From an uncultured delta proteobacterium (GTDB taxonomy: Bacteria; Myxococcota; Kuafuiibacteriia; Kuafuiibacteriales; Kuafuiibacteriaceae): a stretch of DNA of 64,000 nucleotides. The stretch is from positions 192,001 through 256,000 of the forward strand of contig CAWDML010000003.1 of assembly GCA_963803435.1 (NCBI GenBank), read 5' to 3'. The position numbers and the translations under genes were made by a program. The notes beneath the pieces are model-generated. The model was not told the DNA's origin. It did no database searches and saw only the letters and a list, made by a program, of their open reading frames with translations. Each line of letters begins with the position of its first letter. The stretch's first letter is position 1. Below, piece after piece: positions 10,001-20,233 of this stretch.

Positions 10001-10217
10001 GCGGCCCGTCACCGCGCGCGCCGGTGACGAAGGCGCAGATTATCTCTATCTCGAGCGCGAGCCCTTCCTCGATCTGATCGCGGATCGACCCGAGGTCATC
10101 AACGGATTGTTCGTGGTGCTGGCGCGACGCCTGCGCGAGCTGGTCGATCTCACCGGACAGTCCGCGCACCACAAGGGCGAGCCGTCACGATCGTCTCTCC
10201 CAGCGTCCACTCCTTGA
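7083..10217 (+). CDS. Npt1/NTT-like MFS transporter fused to HEAT repeats and a C-terminal cyclic-nucleotide-binding domain
   Basis: About 12 TM segments with FWARLGEVFDVRTAKRVFG; HEAT-like repeats (LDDPEPSVRKLA); cNMP fold IYRQNDPGDSMYIIASGEV...FGQVSILDHGPRPVTA. The longer ORF from 5430 is antisense to other genes. Confidence 0.85.
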   Translation: MPVSPRVLQRLARFYELSPVRARSLLRSGVFFFAFVCGVTVFKSATNAIFLAHRDPSELPYLYLATAVAITLVTVYVGDRLTTASAKPVLKAAVLVASAIIFGLSLLAALEVRATLPVLYVAGEVYATTISVLFWARLGEVFDVRTAKRVFGAIGAAGMGGAVTGGLLVRALSSYVPGVGWCFLSALTLLLIRPLLGAERGTGAINRPEIQFREGLAYAAVDRFPRGVGLLVLLLAVQTAAVDFAFRTGAVRFEGSDESALVALFGSLHVLVGIGAIVFQMLFTSALLRRLGVFVFLSIIPIVSIITGGWALLVPSMFFPLFLLKTFEMMGSLSLYQPGLQLLYNPMPNAMRDSVRAVVDGAVKKLGGAVGGALLILFGAQVVEKEILGLVLGLALVLLIWIRRLRKGYLSALEAKLGARGGQVMPMIDLSDRSTRERLLATLEADEPNKVLAALSVLVREKTLDLKPYFETLIAHPSESVRLRAIELITEAPDPAYAPLLVAAIAREERRPKAQAARALELVDREKAVEVMAPVLSAPAGTHDVGLVCAAIKVCLSSGGPRSIVELGEIALEQMFAQGRSGPAGQRREIARLLGLLGPNRYAPHLITYLDDPEPSVRKLAVESARAVRDPVLAPKLITMLADRRLRRTVRDALASYGEAVVELLREMLDDRTLPVELRVHIPMVLRQIGTGAAAEAMLYSNVHDDAFLRYVIVRSLSRLRRERPEVVFDRRRAEEAAMRRLKAFVHYRPLAADLAVGGASYNLVRRAVEDRIRQNLEAGLLILGLTYDQHAMVNAARGLLQGSYADAVELVDVALQGSDIRNQVLPLLERESPSSSPERARERAFSLVEGRDIQVAMIAWETLNRLGEDPPDVREPTLGEPLMPKSIVDRVFVLEGVQLFHGLSVDDLAAVAAITTEGHAAGGEIIYRQNDPGDSMYIIASGEVRLLKDGQPLMDLYAGDSFGQVSILDHGPRPVTARAGDEGADYLYLEREPFLDLIADRPEVINGLFVVLARRLRELVDLTGQSAHHKGEPSRSSLPASTP

Positions 10218-10730
10218 GAGGACCGGGCCCTCGCCGCGGAAGTAGCCCTTGTCCGCGATGGCCCGGATGATGGCGTCGATCCAGTCCCTGAGAATCTTGA
10301 ACAGCTTCCGGTCGACCTCGATGAAGTTGAGCGTCGTGTTTCCGTGACGCCGCGGGACCAGCTCTTCCGGCAGATACCCCCGGTCCGCCAGGTCGGGGAG
10401 GACGTAGAGCGCGAGCGTGACCCACCCGCTCTTGTTGAGGGCGATCATCCCGAGCGGGAGCCGGGGCTGCTCCTTGATCGGGGGATCTCGATCTCACAGT
10501 GCCGGTCGCCGTCGTCGAGCAGCCGGATCTTCTTCTGGTGGCGCCGGAACATGGCCCGGATCGCGTTGAACACCGGCCGAAGGGTGTCGTCCATGTCCTG
10601 CATGCCCCGCGGTTGCGGGTAGGGGCTCTTCTTCTTCTTCTTCTTCTGGAGGGCGGCTCGGCTTCTCCATCCCGAGATCGGCCAGGACCTTCTCGTTCGG
10701 GGTCGGCTTGCCGGCCTTCTTCTTCTTCAC
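10185..10730 (-). CDS. DUF1801/YdhG-like protein with Lys-rich N-terminus, split by two apparent frameshifts
   Basis: GTG coupled to the upstream stop; joining frames near 10650 and at the homopolymer near 10480 gives VKKKKAGK...KKSPYPQPRGMQDMDDTLRPVFNAIRAMF...LGMIALNKSGWVTLALY...RHGNTTLNFIEVD. Confidence 0.5.
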
Positions 10731-11855
10731 GCAGGCACCAGCTCCAGCACCGTGATCTCGGCGGGCGCGCCGAGTCGGAACGGCGGCCCGAAGTAGCCCG
10801 TCCCGCGGCTGGTGTACACCCACGTCTGGTCGTGGCGGCCGAGCCCGGCGGGGAACTCGTGCACCAGCTTCACGATCAGGTTCCAGGGGAAGAACTGGCC
10901 GCCGTGCGTGTGCCCGGAGAGCTGGAGATCGAACCCCGCCTCGGCGGCCGCGTAGACCGCGCCGGGGCGATGCGCGAGCAGCACCTTCACGTCGCAGTCG
11001 GCGCCGCCCTCGGCGCAGGCCTTCGCGTCGGGGACGTGGCTCTCCTTGAACCGTGTGCCCTGCGGATCGGTGATGCCGCCGATCAGGAGCCTCCGACCGC
11101 GGTGCTCGATGATCGTATGCTCGTTGATGAGCACCTTCATCCCGAGCCGGCGGAACTCTTCGATCCACTCCGTCGCGCCCGAGTAATACTCGTGATTGCC
11201 GGTGCAGACGAAGGTGCCGTAGCGCGACTTCATGCTTCCGAGCGGCTCGACGTCGCGGCTGATGCGCGACACCTTGCCGTCCACCAGGTCACCCGTCACG
11301 GCGATCAGGTCGGCGCCGAGCGTATCGACGGCGTCGGCGATCGCCTGCACAAAGCCGCGATCGATCGTCGGCCCCACGTGGATGTCCGAGACCTGCACGA
11401 TGCGGAACCGCGACAACGCCTCCGGAAGATCGGTCACGGGGATCTCCACGTTCACCACCCGCGCCCGCTGCTGCGCCTCGCGGTACCCGGCGGTGGACCC
11501 GGCGGCGGCGAAGCCGAGCACGCCCAGGTTGAGGCCCCGGCCGAGAAGCTCTCGCCGGCCCGGATCCTTGGGGAGCATCGGTACCGCCCGGGAGCCCAGG
11601 AGCGCCAGGCCCCAGAGCAGCTCGCGGATGAGATAGCCGGTGAAGACGAAGGAGTAGACCCCCATCGCGACGTACGAGGCGAGCCGCAGCGGGTGCCCCA
11701 GGTCGAGCTCGAAGACCCAGGTGAGCGGGCTGAGCAGCATCAGCGCATAGAGGACCGAGAGGCCGATCCGAGATCGCAGGTCGACCTCTCCCGAGCCGGC
11801 GGCAGATGAGGACGTGGAGCAGCGAGGCGACCAGGATGACGATGGCGACGAACAT
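10727..11855 (-). CDS. Membrane-anchored metallophosphoesterase (YkuE/YaeI-like), one apparent frameshift near 11772
   Basis: SDIHVG, TGDLVDG, GNHEYY, LLAHRP and SGHTHGGQ motifs; N-terminal TM segment MFVAIVIL is in a different frame. Confidence 0.85.
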
Positions 11856-11889
11856 TCGCTGTCTCGAGAGAACGGCCCAGGCGGCGGAC

Positions 11890-12936
11890 CTATTCTTGGT
11901 CGAGCGACTCGACCACCACGTCCTGCGACGTATGGGACGACGACGTGACCAGCCACAATCCGACGATCAGGGCGATCAGGATCGCGCCCGCGATGAACAG
12001 GGTTCTCGCGTCCAGCTTGGTGGCCGGAGGCGGCGCGATCAGCGGCGACGCGGACTGACCCGGGTTCCGGTTGAGGGTCGGCTTCTCGTCGTGGGGCGCA
12101 GCGATGTCGGGGACCGGCGTGGGGCCGAGCGCCTCCTCCGAGTCGACAGCGTCGACCGTGGCCCGCAGCACCACCTCGATCTTGGCGGCGCTCCGCTGCA
12201 TCGACGGCTTGATCGGGACGATGTCGGTGGTGACAGCCCTTCGTGCGGCGCGCGCCAGCTCCGCGACGGCCGCCGCCGAGTCGACGCCTTCTCCCTCGAG
12301 CAGACGCAGGACCAGGGTGCGCGCCTCTCGGGAGAGGTGCGGCTGCTTCTCCAGCACTGCGCCCGGCGGCAGCGTGCGATCGCTCTCGGCGCCGGCGAGG
12401 CACAGATACGCGAGCGACCCGAGCGCGCGCAGATCGGACTCCGGGGTCGGCTGCTCGTTGACGCCGGCCGCCAGCCCGGCGAGCCCATACCCGAGGATCT
12501 GCATCTCCTCCCGCGCGCCGCCGGCCGAGAAGTAGATGCTGTTCTCGCTGAGCCGCCCGTGGGCGATCCCGAGGCCGTGGGTCTCGGCCAGCGCCTCGGC
12601 GAGCTCGATCAGGAGGTCGAGCGTCTCGATCGCGCCCAGCCCGCCCCGGCGAATGCGGACGGCGAGCGTCTCCCCGGGTGGCCGGCGGATCGCGACGAAG
12701 GTGCGGCGGTCGGCCTCCCCGAACTCGAGCACCTCCGGCGCTTTGGCCTTCTTCAGCTTGGCGAGGACGGCGCGCTGATCCTTGAGGCGCTGGATGGCGG
12801 TGTCGGAGACCTCGGCGGAAAGGAGCTCAATCCACGCGCCGTGCTCGCCATTTTGGGCCGTATAGCGGGCGGCGGCATCGCAGGCGTCGATCTTCTCGAT
12901 CAGCCGGAAACGGCCGAGGACCATGCCCGAAGTCAT
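11890..12936 (-). CDS. Ser/Thr kinase-like pseudokinase with C-terminal TM helix
   Basis: Kinase scaffold (GRFRLIEKI, GETLAVRI, SDLRALGSLAYLCLAG) with HGRLSENS in place of HRDLKPxN and GYG in place of DFG. Confidence 0.7.
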   Translation of the reverse strand: MTSGMVLGRFRLIEKIDACDAAARYTAQNGEHGAWIELLSAEVSDTAIQRLKDQRAVLAKLKKAKAPEVLEFGEADRRTFVAIRRPPGETLAVRIRRGGLGAIETLDLLIELAEALAETHGLGIAHGRLSENSIYFSAGGAREEMQILGYGLAGLAAGVNEQPTPESDLRALGSLAYLCLAGAESDRTLPPGAVLEKQPHLSREARTLVLRLLEGEGVDSAAAVAELARAARRAVTTDIVPIKPSMQRSAAKIEVVLRATVDAVDSEEALGPTPVPDIAAPHDEKPTLNRNPGQSASPLIAPPPATKLDARTLFIAGAILIALIVGLWLVTSSSHTSQDVVVESLDQE

Positions 12937-12994
12937 GGAGCGTTGCCGAGACCGTTCTACCTGCGATCGGAGGTCGTGGCCAGTGCAGGCGGCG

Positions 12995-13022
12995 TTGACA
13001 ATCCGCCGCGACCCGGCATCCT
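12995..13022 (+). promoter_or_regulatory. Putative sigma-70 promoter for dusA
   Basis: TTGACA-N16-CATCCT. Confidence 0.45.
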
Positions 13023-13076
13023 ACACAGGCTATCTCGGACCACACCCCCAACGCGCGGCCGATCAGCGTCGCACCG

Positions 13077-14021
13077 ATGATGGACCGAACCGATCGGCAC
13101 TTCCGCGTCCTGATGCGTCAGATCACGCGCCGAACGCTCCTCTACACCGAGATGGTGACCACCGGCGCGATCCTGCACGGCCCGCGGGAGGCGCTGCTCG
13201 AGTTCTCGCACATCGAGCACCCCATCGCCGTCCAGCTCGGCGGGGACGACCCGCACGCCCTGGCCGAGTGTGCGCGGATCGCCGAGGGGCGAGGGTACGA
13301 CGAGGTGAACCTCAACGTGGGATGCCCCAGCGATCGGGTGCAGAGCGGTCGCTTCGGGGCCTGCCTGATGGCGGACCCCGAGCGCGTCGCCGCCTGCGTA
13401 GCCGCGATGAAGGCCGTGGTGCGGATCCCGGTGACCGTCAAGCACCGGATCGGGATCGACGATCGGGATCGGTACGAGGACATGCTGCGCTTCGTCGAGG
13501 TGGTCGCGCCGGCCGGCTGCGCGCGCTTCTCCATCCACGCCCGCAAGGCATGGTTGTCGGGATTGTCGCCCAAGGAGAACCGTACGGTCCCTCCGCTGCG
13601 CTATTCCGACGTGCATCGCCTCAAGCACGAACACCCAGAGCTCACGATCGAGATCAACGGCGGGATCGTGTCGCTCGAGCAGATGGCCGAGCAGCTCGAA
13701 CACGTGGATGGAGTGATGATCGGCCGGGCCGTGTACGACGACCCCTTTCTCTTCTCGGACGTGGATGGGCGGTTCTTCGGCGTACGACAGCGACCGCGGA
13801 CGCGGCGCGAGGTCGTCGAGGGGATGTGCGAGTATGCGGAGGCGGAGCTCGCCCGCGGCACCCGTTTGCACCACATCTCCCGTCATATGTTGGGACTGTT
13901 CGCGAATCAGCCGGGCGCGCGGGCGTGGCGGCGGTACTTGAGCGCCCACGCCGTGAAGCCCGCCGCAGGAACCGATGTGCTACGAGGCGGGCTCCCGGAT
14001 AGTCTGGCGATGGCAGGGTAG
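13077..14021 (+). CDS. dusA: tRNA-dihydrouridine(20/20a) synthase
   Basis: (SVAP)MMDRTDRH, NLNVGCPSDRVQSGRFGACLM, HARKAWLSGLSPKENR; true start is probably upstream of 13077. Confidence 0.95.
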   Translation: MMDRTDRHFRVLMRQITRRTLLYTEMVTTGAILHGPREALLEFSHIEHPIAVQLGGDDPHALAECARIAEGRGYDEVNLNVGCPSDRVQSGRFGACLMADPERVAACVAAMKAVVRIPVTVKHRIGIDDRDRYEDMLRFVEVVAPAGCARFSIHARKAWLSGLSPKENRTVPPLRYSDVHRLKHEHPELTIEINGGIVSLEQMAEQLEHVDGVMIGRAVYDDPFLFSDVDGRFFGVRQRPRTRREVVEGMCEYAEAELARGTRLHHISRHMLGLFANQPGARAWRRYLSAHAVKPAAGTDVLRGGLPDSLAMAG

Positions 14022-14024
14022 GGG

Positions 14025-14831
14025 ATGAGCAAGAACTGGTCGCACGCGGGCCGCAAGGTCGAGATGGAGCTTCGGAGCGCCGCCACCGCGGAGCAGGTCT
14101 GGTTGGCGTGGGCCGATCCCGCCCACGTGACGCAATGGTTCGCCGACGAGGCCGAGGGCCGCGCCGTGGCCGGCGAGACGCTTCGCTGGCGCTTCGCGGA
14201 CCACGATCTCGACCTTCGCTACGACGTCCTGGAGGCGATCCCGGATCGCCGCCTGGTGCTCTCGAGGCCGCAGAAGACCGGCCCGCTGCGCGTACTCGAG
14301 ATCGAGATCGATCAGGCCGATGGCAAGACGCGGATGCGGATGGTCGAGTCCGGCTTCGCCGAGGGTGAAGCGGCCGAGGACACCTACCAGGCGGCCCTCT
14401 CGGGCTGGCGCATCTCGCTGGCGATCCTGCGGCTGTATCTCGAGCGGTTCTTCGGCATGAAGAAGATGTCGAAGATGGTCATGAAGCCCACCAAGGCGGA
14501 GTACGCGAAGATCCTCGAGTACTTCACGAAGCCCGAGAAGCTCGCCACCTGGATCGGTGAGATGACCCAGATCGCGGAGGCACGTCCCTATCGCCTCCGG
14601 CTCGAGGCCGGCGGCGAGCTCACCGGTCGATTCCTCGCGCTGACCCACCGCGAGCTCCTTCTGGGCGCCGATCAGATCGACGGCACCGTGGGATTTCGCG
14701 CCTTCCCCAAGGGCGACGGCAGAGCCATCGGCGTCCGCTTCCTCAGCTGGCGCCTCACGCCCGAGCAGATGGCCGACCTCTCCGGCGTGATGCTGTCGGC
14801 GCTCAACCGCCTCGGCGAAGAGGTCGGCTGA
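14025..14831 (+). CDS. SRPBCC/AHSA1-like protein (tandem domains)
   Basis: ATAEQVWLAWADPAHVTQWF and GWRISLAILRLYLE, followed by a second degenerate copy (YFTKPEKLATWIG). Confidence 0.75.
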   Translation: MSKNWSHAGRKVEMELRSAATAEQVWLAWADPAHVTQWFADEAEGRAVAGETLRWRFADHDLDLRYDVLEAIPDRRLVLSRPQKTGPLRVLEIEIDQADGKTRMRMVESGFAEGEAAEDTYQAALSGWRISLAILRLYLERFFGMKKMSKMVMKPTKAEYAKILEYFTKPEKLATWIGEMTQIAEARPYRLRLEAGGELTGRFLALTHRELLLGADQIDGTVGFRAFPKGDGRAIGVRFLSWRLTPEQMADLSGVMLSALNRLGEEVG

Positions 14832-14859
14832 GCGGAACGCGCCTCGCCCGCCCAGACTG

Positions 14860-14957
14860 AGAACCGGTCCTAAAACCGTTTGTCCGCTCGACAACCCAGC
14901 GGCGTGGCTGACCGCGACGCATCCAGCCGGAGGCCGCTCGGGTTTCGGACCGGTTCT
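14860..14957. mobile_element. ~100-bp MITE-like element with ~17-bp terminal inverted repeats
   Basis: AGAACCGGTCCTAAAACC ... GGTTTCGGACCGGTTCT, flanked by CTGA and CTAA; a related end occurs at 20006. Confidence 0.6.
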
Positions 14958-15720
14958 AAGCGACCAGGGGCGGCTCGATCGCGACGAACCCCGCTCCAAT
15001 GAGCGTGCTGAGACAGCGGCACGTCTCGAATCGATCGAGGGGCGCGCGATCGATGATCGTCTGCACGTCGATCCCCGGCAGGCAGAGCGCGTGGATGGCG
15101 CGCTCGTTGGGCCCGATGTCCTCGCTGAGCGCCGGTTTGGTCTCCAGGCCGAACAGATCGTCGCTCTCGTAGGCACGCTCGGCGGGCAGGCTGTGCCGCT
15201 CGTCGATCCGATAGGCGAAGTTTGGGATGCGCGCGCAGACCAGCGGCCACTCGTCGGCGATGCGGAAGCCGTGCATCAGGAGGTGCTCGATGCCGGCCGG
15301 CTCGAGGAGCGGGTGCGGCGGGTCGATCGCCCCCGGCGTGAACTCGTAGGTGCCCTTTTTCCAGGTGAACAGCTCGAGCAGCGTCTCGACCATCTGCATG
15401 TTGAGGTAGCGGCCGACGGTGTCGGAGTCGGCGTAGCCGAGGTTCATCAGGATCGTCGGCATGTCCTCGCCGGTCTCGGCGCGGCGCTTCAGGGCGTTGC
15501 CCATCTGGGAGTGCGTCATCAGACCCGCGCGAACGAGCCGCGAAGCGATTTGAGATCCGCTGGGCCGAAACGGGGTGTCTGCTGAAACGACCCACCCATT
15601 CTCGACCCCGATCTCCACCTCGTCCTCGCCGTTGTCGAGTCGCAGCGTTCCAGTCTTGCCGCTGCTGAGGATGAGCTGGAGAACATCCGCGAGACCGAAG
15701 TCCTGGATTCTCCCCTTCAT
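14956..15720 (-). CDS. DUF4388 domain protein
   Basis: MKGRIQDFGLADVLQLILSSGKTGTL, LFTWKKGTYEF and LLMHGFRIADEW. Confidence 0.85.
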   Translation of the reverse strand: MKGRIQDFGLADVLQLILSSGKTGTLRLDNGEDEVEIGVENGWVVSADTPFRPSGSQIASRLVRAGLMTHSQMGNALKRRAETGEDMPTILMNLGYADSDTVGRYLNMQMVETLLELFTWKKGTYEFTPGAIDPPHPLLEPAGIEHLLMHGFRIADEWPLVCARIPNFAYRIDERHSLPAERAYESDDLFGLETKPALSEDIGPNERAIHALCLPGIDVQTIIDRAPLDRFETCRCLSTLIGAGFVAIEPPLVA

Positions 15721-15748
15721 GGTCGGGCCGGCTGTACTATATCTCCGG

Positions 15749-17053
15749 TTGGTCCGCCCGTCTTCGATCGTCTTCGTGGTCTGTGCCGGCGCGCTGGGAT
15801 GCGCAGGAAGAGACACGGATCTGTTCCTCGGCTTTCCCCGTCTTGAGGGAGCCGAGTCAGTCGTGCTGGCGGTTCCCAAGAATGGAGAGCTGGATCTCTA
15901 CAGCGCACCGCTCCAGGGCTCGCGCCTCCGCGTGCGGATCGACTACGACGGGCGCGATCCGATCGAGGCGCTGGTGTTCGATCGATCGCTCGAGCAGCTC
16001 CGACTGACCGAAGGCACGCTCGAGCGCCCGTCGGCCGGCGATGAGGCCGGCGAGCTCGACGCCCTGGAGCCGCTCCGCTCGTTCGTCGCCGAGATCGATC
16101 GAGACTCCGGCTCGGCCGAATGGGTCGAGGACTCGGCACAGGCGGCCCGTCAAGCCCGCTACAAGAAGGCGCGCTCCGTCTGCGCCACCTTCACGGCGCC
16201 GTTCCACGCGGGCATGCTGACCGGCGCGCTGACGTTCGCGCTCCGGCTCGACGACGAGCACGCGCTCCTGGGCAGCCGGGCCGGGGACCTGGTGATCGCG
16301 TCGGACGCCGGCCTGACGCCGATCTCCCCTCCGTTCGCCGGCGCTGTCGAGAGCGCGTTCACGGACGGCGCCCAGATCTACCTCTCCGAGCGGTACAGCC
16401 CACGGATCTACCGCGCCGATCCCTCGAGCGTGGAAGGCGCCGTCAACCTCGATCCCCTCCCCGACAGCCCGCTCGCGTTCGGAGCCTCCATCATGGCCGG
16501 CGGAGAGGGCCGCCTCATCGCGGCGGCCGACGATGGCACGGCCGCCTGGTTCGACGGCACCGCGTGGCGGTCGCTCCCGGCCGTCGAGCCGCGGGATCGC
16601 CTGCGTGTCGCCTGGACCGGCGACGAGGCCTTCTACTGGGTGCGTGCGAGCGGTGCGCTCAACCGCGTCGACGACGCGGGCAACGTCCGTGTCGAGACCG
16701 TGGACAGCGGAGGCGGCGTCTTCAGCATCGCGCACGTCGAGGGCATCGGTACTGTCCTCGGCACCGGTGACGGCACCTTCCTGAAGCGCGAGGGTACCTC
16801 GTGGCGGGGCCTCGGCGGCGACTACGGCTGGTGGGGCCTCGACCTGGAGGCCTACTCCGACGGCTTCTTCTTCCTGCTGGCGTCCGGGACGGTCGGACAG
16901 TATCGCATGGACCCCGATCAGCCGTTCTGCACCGACCAATCGCTCCTCAGCTACATCAACGACGGTCAGATCGTCCTGCTGGGCCGAAGCCTGGTCGCGG
17001 CCGGCTGGGACGCCAACCTTCCCACCGACGTGGTGATCGTCGGGTTCCAGTGA
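15749..17053 (+). CDS. Hypothetical lipoprotein, beta-rich (possible propeller)
   Basis: Lipobox ALGC; repeats such as WFDGTAW and REGTSW; TTG start inferred. Confidence 0.6.
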   Translation: MVRPSSIVFVVCAGALGCAGRDTDLFLGFPRLEGAESVVLAVPKNGELDLYSAPLQGSRLRVRIDYDGRDPIEALVFDRSLEQLRLTEGTLERPSAGDEAGELDALEPLRSFVAEIDRDSGSAEWVEDSAQAARQARYKKARSVCATFTAPFHAGMLTGALTFALRLDDEHALLGSRAGDLVIASDAGLTPISPPFAGAVESAFTDGAQIYLSERYSPRIYRADPSSVEGAVNLDPLPDSPLAFGASIMAGGEGRLIAAADDGTAAWFDGTAWRSLPAVEPRDRLRVAWTGDEAFYWVRASGALNRVDDAGNVRVETVDSGGGVFSIAHVEGIGTVLGTGDGTFLKREGTSWRGLGGDYGWWGLDLEAYSDGFFFLLASGTVGQYRMDPDQPFCTDQSLLSYINDGQIVLLGRSLVAAGWDANLPTDVVIVGFQ

Positions 17054-17060
17054 GCCGGCG

Positions 17061-17504
17061 TCAGTCGCGGTCGTAGCTCTCGAGCTTTGCGCCGCCCTCG
17101 TCGCGAACCTCGACGTGGTGCTCGTCCGAACCCGAGATCCTCCCGCAATACACCGCCAGGTGGCGCCCGACCTCGCGCTTGCGCTCGGCGTCCAAGGCGG
17201 CCCACTTCTCGGCGGAGACGGTGGCGACCTGTGTGGACGGATCGATGTGGGTGACCAGCCGATCCGTCTTGATCTTCTCTACGTCGATCAAGGTCTGCTC
17301 CCACTCGTCGTCGGTGATCGCGTTCGACGGCTCGGGATCCTTCACCCCGAAGGAGGGCGCCGTGGTCCCGGTGCTGACGTGCAGCCTCGGGAGCTCCACC
17401 GGTTGCCGCGGGTTGGTCGCGACCGCCCAGACCACCGTAGCCAGACCGATCGCGATCATCGCCGCCGCGACGATCGGTCCGACCTCGACGTTACTCTCCG
17501 TCAT
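17061..17504 (-). CDS. Hypothetical membrane-anchored protein
   Basis: N-terminal TM helix; GC3-biased codons; coupled to the kinase stop. Confidence 0.65.
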   Translation of the reverse strand: MTESNVEVGPIVAAAMIAIGLATVVWAVATNPRQPVELPRLHVSTGTTAPSFGVKDPEPSNAITDDEWEQTLIDVEKIKTDRLVTHIDPSTQVATVSAEKWAALDAERKREVGRHLAVYCGRISGSDEHHVEVRDEGGAKLESYDRD

Positions 17505-19184
17505 CGGTTCGAGAGCCTAGTGTTCGCGTTGATGTCGCGCAACAGCTTCTGCGCCTCCCGGAGGCGGCGCTCGAGCTCGGCGCGCGGGAGCCCGGGCCGG
17601 ACCGCCGGCGCCAGCTGCAGGTAGCGGTCCTCGAGCTCGCGCAGCTCGGTCAGCGGCACCTTCGAGGAGGCCTCGGCCAGCCGCGCGCTGATGGCGTCGA
17701 GCTTCGTCTGCACGAACGCGTGATCGATCTCCGCCTTCTCGATCGCCGCGATCAGCGCAGCCTGCGCGCTCTCGTCCTGCCGCGCGTGCGTCCAGGCGCC
17801 GAAGGTGCGCTTGGTGTCTGGGTGGCGCGCGAGGTCCTCGAACGTGAGGCCCCGCCGCTCGGCGGCCCGCCGGATTCGAGCGATCGGAGTGGCGGGTCCG
17901 GTGGCGGGGCGGCGGCGGTTCGACCACCGGCTTGGGCTCGACCACCGGCGCGGGCGGCTCGACCGGCGGCGGCGGCGGCTCCACCCTCTGCGGCGGCTCG
18001 ATCGCCGCCGGAGGCGGCACCATCGCGAGCGGGGGGACCTGGACGCGACGCTCGACGATCGCGACGCCGGCGGCGGCCAGGACCACGACCGCAAGGATTG
18101 CGAGCAGCGCGCGGACGAGCGGGCGCGCCGGGAGCACCGACGACAGGTCGCCCTCCTCGACGGAGCCGATCGAGCTGGCCAGCCGCGCCTCCGCGTGCGT
18201 GTCGAGGAGCTCGGTGACCTGCCCGGTCTCTCCGGTCGGGATGTGGATCTGGGCGGCTCCCAGCCCGGTGAGATCGATCGCGTCGATCCGCGCGATCACC
18301 TCGAGCGTGCTCTCCGGCCGCTGCTCGGGCGTCTTGGCCAGGAGATCCATCACGAGGTGCTCCAGCCCGCGCGCCGCCCTCGGTCGCGGCGGCCGTGCCT
18401 CCAGGTGCTTCTTCCGGATCTCCGAGAGCTTCTTGGCGGTGAACGGCGGGCGTCCCTCCAGCATCTCGAAGAGCACCACGCCCAGCGCGTAGAGGTCGGC
18501 CTTCGGATCGACGTCGCCTCCGATGATCTGCTCCGGCGCCATGTAGATCGGCGTCCCCACGAACTGGCCCGTCTTGGTGAGGAAGCCGACGTCGCCGTCG
18601 ATCTCGGTGGCGCGCACCAGCCCGAAGTCGAGCAGCTTGACCTGGCTGCCCTCCGCGGTCCTCAACAGCATGACGTTGGAGGGCTTGAGGTCGCGGTGGA
18701 CGAATCCGAGCTCGTGCGCCGCACCCAGTCCCAGCGCGATCTGTCTTGCAATCTCGGCAGCCCGCTTGGGCTCCAGGCACCCGAGCCGCTTGATCAGGGT
18801 CCTCAGTGTCTCACCGTCGATGAGCTCCATCGAGAGGAACGTCAGGCCGCTTCGGGTCGTCCCATAGTCGGACACCGAGACGACGTTCTCGTGGGAGATC
18901 CGGCTCATGGTCCGGGCCTCGCGCCGGAACCGCTCCGCCAGCGTCTTGTTGGACGCCACCTCCCCGTAGAGGACCTTCACCGCATACTCGCGATCGAGGG
19001 TTTCGTGGCGGGCCCGATACACGCGGGCCATCCCGCCGTCGCCCACCACGTCGAGGATCCGGTAGCGATCGACGCTCTTGCCGAGCAGGAGATCCGTCTC
19101 ACCGAAGACCAGCTTGGTGCCGTCGAGCCCGCAGAACTCCACCTGCTCGGCGTACGGCACGAAACAGGTGGGGCAGCTCCGCAT
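17501..19184 (-). CDS. Ser/Thr protein kinase with N-terminal Cys motif, TM helix and Pro-rich linker; apparent frameshift near 17875
   Basis: MRSCPTC...FCGLDG; GDGGMARVY, AVK, HRDLKPSN, DFG and YMAPE; the C-terminal helical domain continues in the frame ending at 17501. Confidence 0.88.
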
Positions 19185-19251
19185 CCCCGGCCAGCGTACC
19201 CTCGAAAGCGAGAACGTGCATCCAGGCGGTGGTTTCCGGTAGTGTCCGCCC

Positions 19252-19947
<696 letters not shown>

Positions 19948-20079
19948 ACATCAAACGGCCCCCGTAGATGTGCTCGGCTCGATCACGAAGATTGCGGCCG
20001 CACTAAGAACCGATCCTAAAGCGTCCCGTTCGCATTCCGTGTTGCACTTGTTCTGGCATTCACTGTTCGGGTTCAGCTC

Positions 20080-20190
20080 ATGAAGGGCGATGACATCGCG
20101 GATCGGTTGCTCAGCGCGGGGCCGAGAGGAGATGAAGCAACGCCAAGTGGTCCCGATGGCGATCATGCAGCCCGGCGTGCGTTCATCGAC
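20080..20190 (+). pseudogene. Possible remnant of a four-helix-bundle protein gene
   Basis: MKGDDIADRLL...GDHAARR resembles the N-terminus of that family as I recall it; similarity is lost afterwards. Confidence 0.3.
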
Positions 20191-20233
20191 TTGATGAGGC
20201 GCGTGAGCCTCTCGACAACGCGCTTGAGCTTGA

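Noticed and set aside
13077-14021. dusA as an integration site for a genomic island
   Set aside because: No integrase or duplicated dusA fragment nearby.
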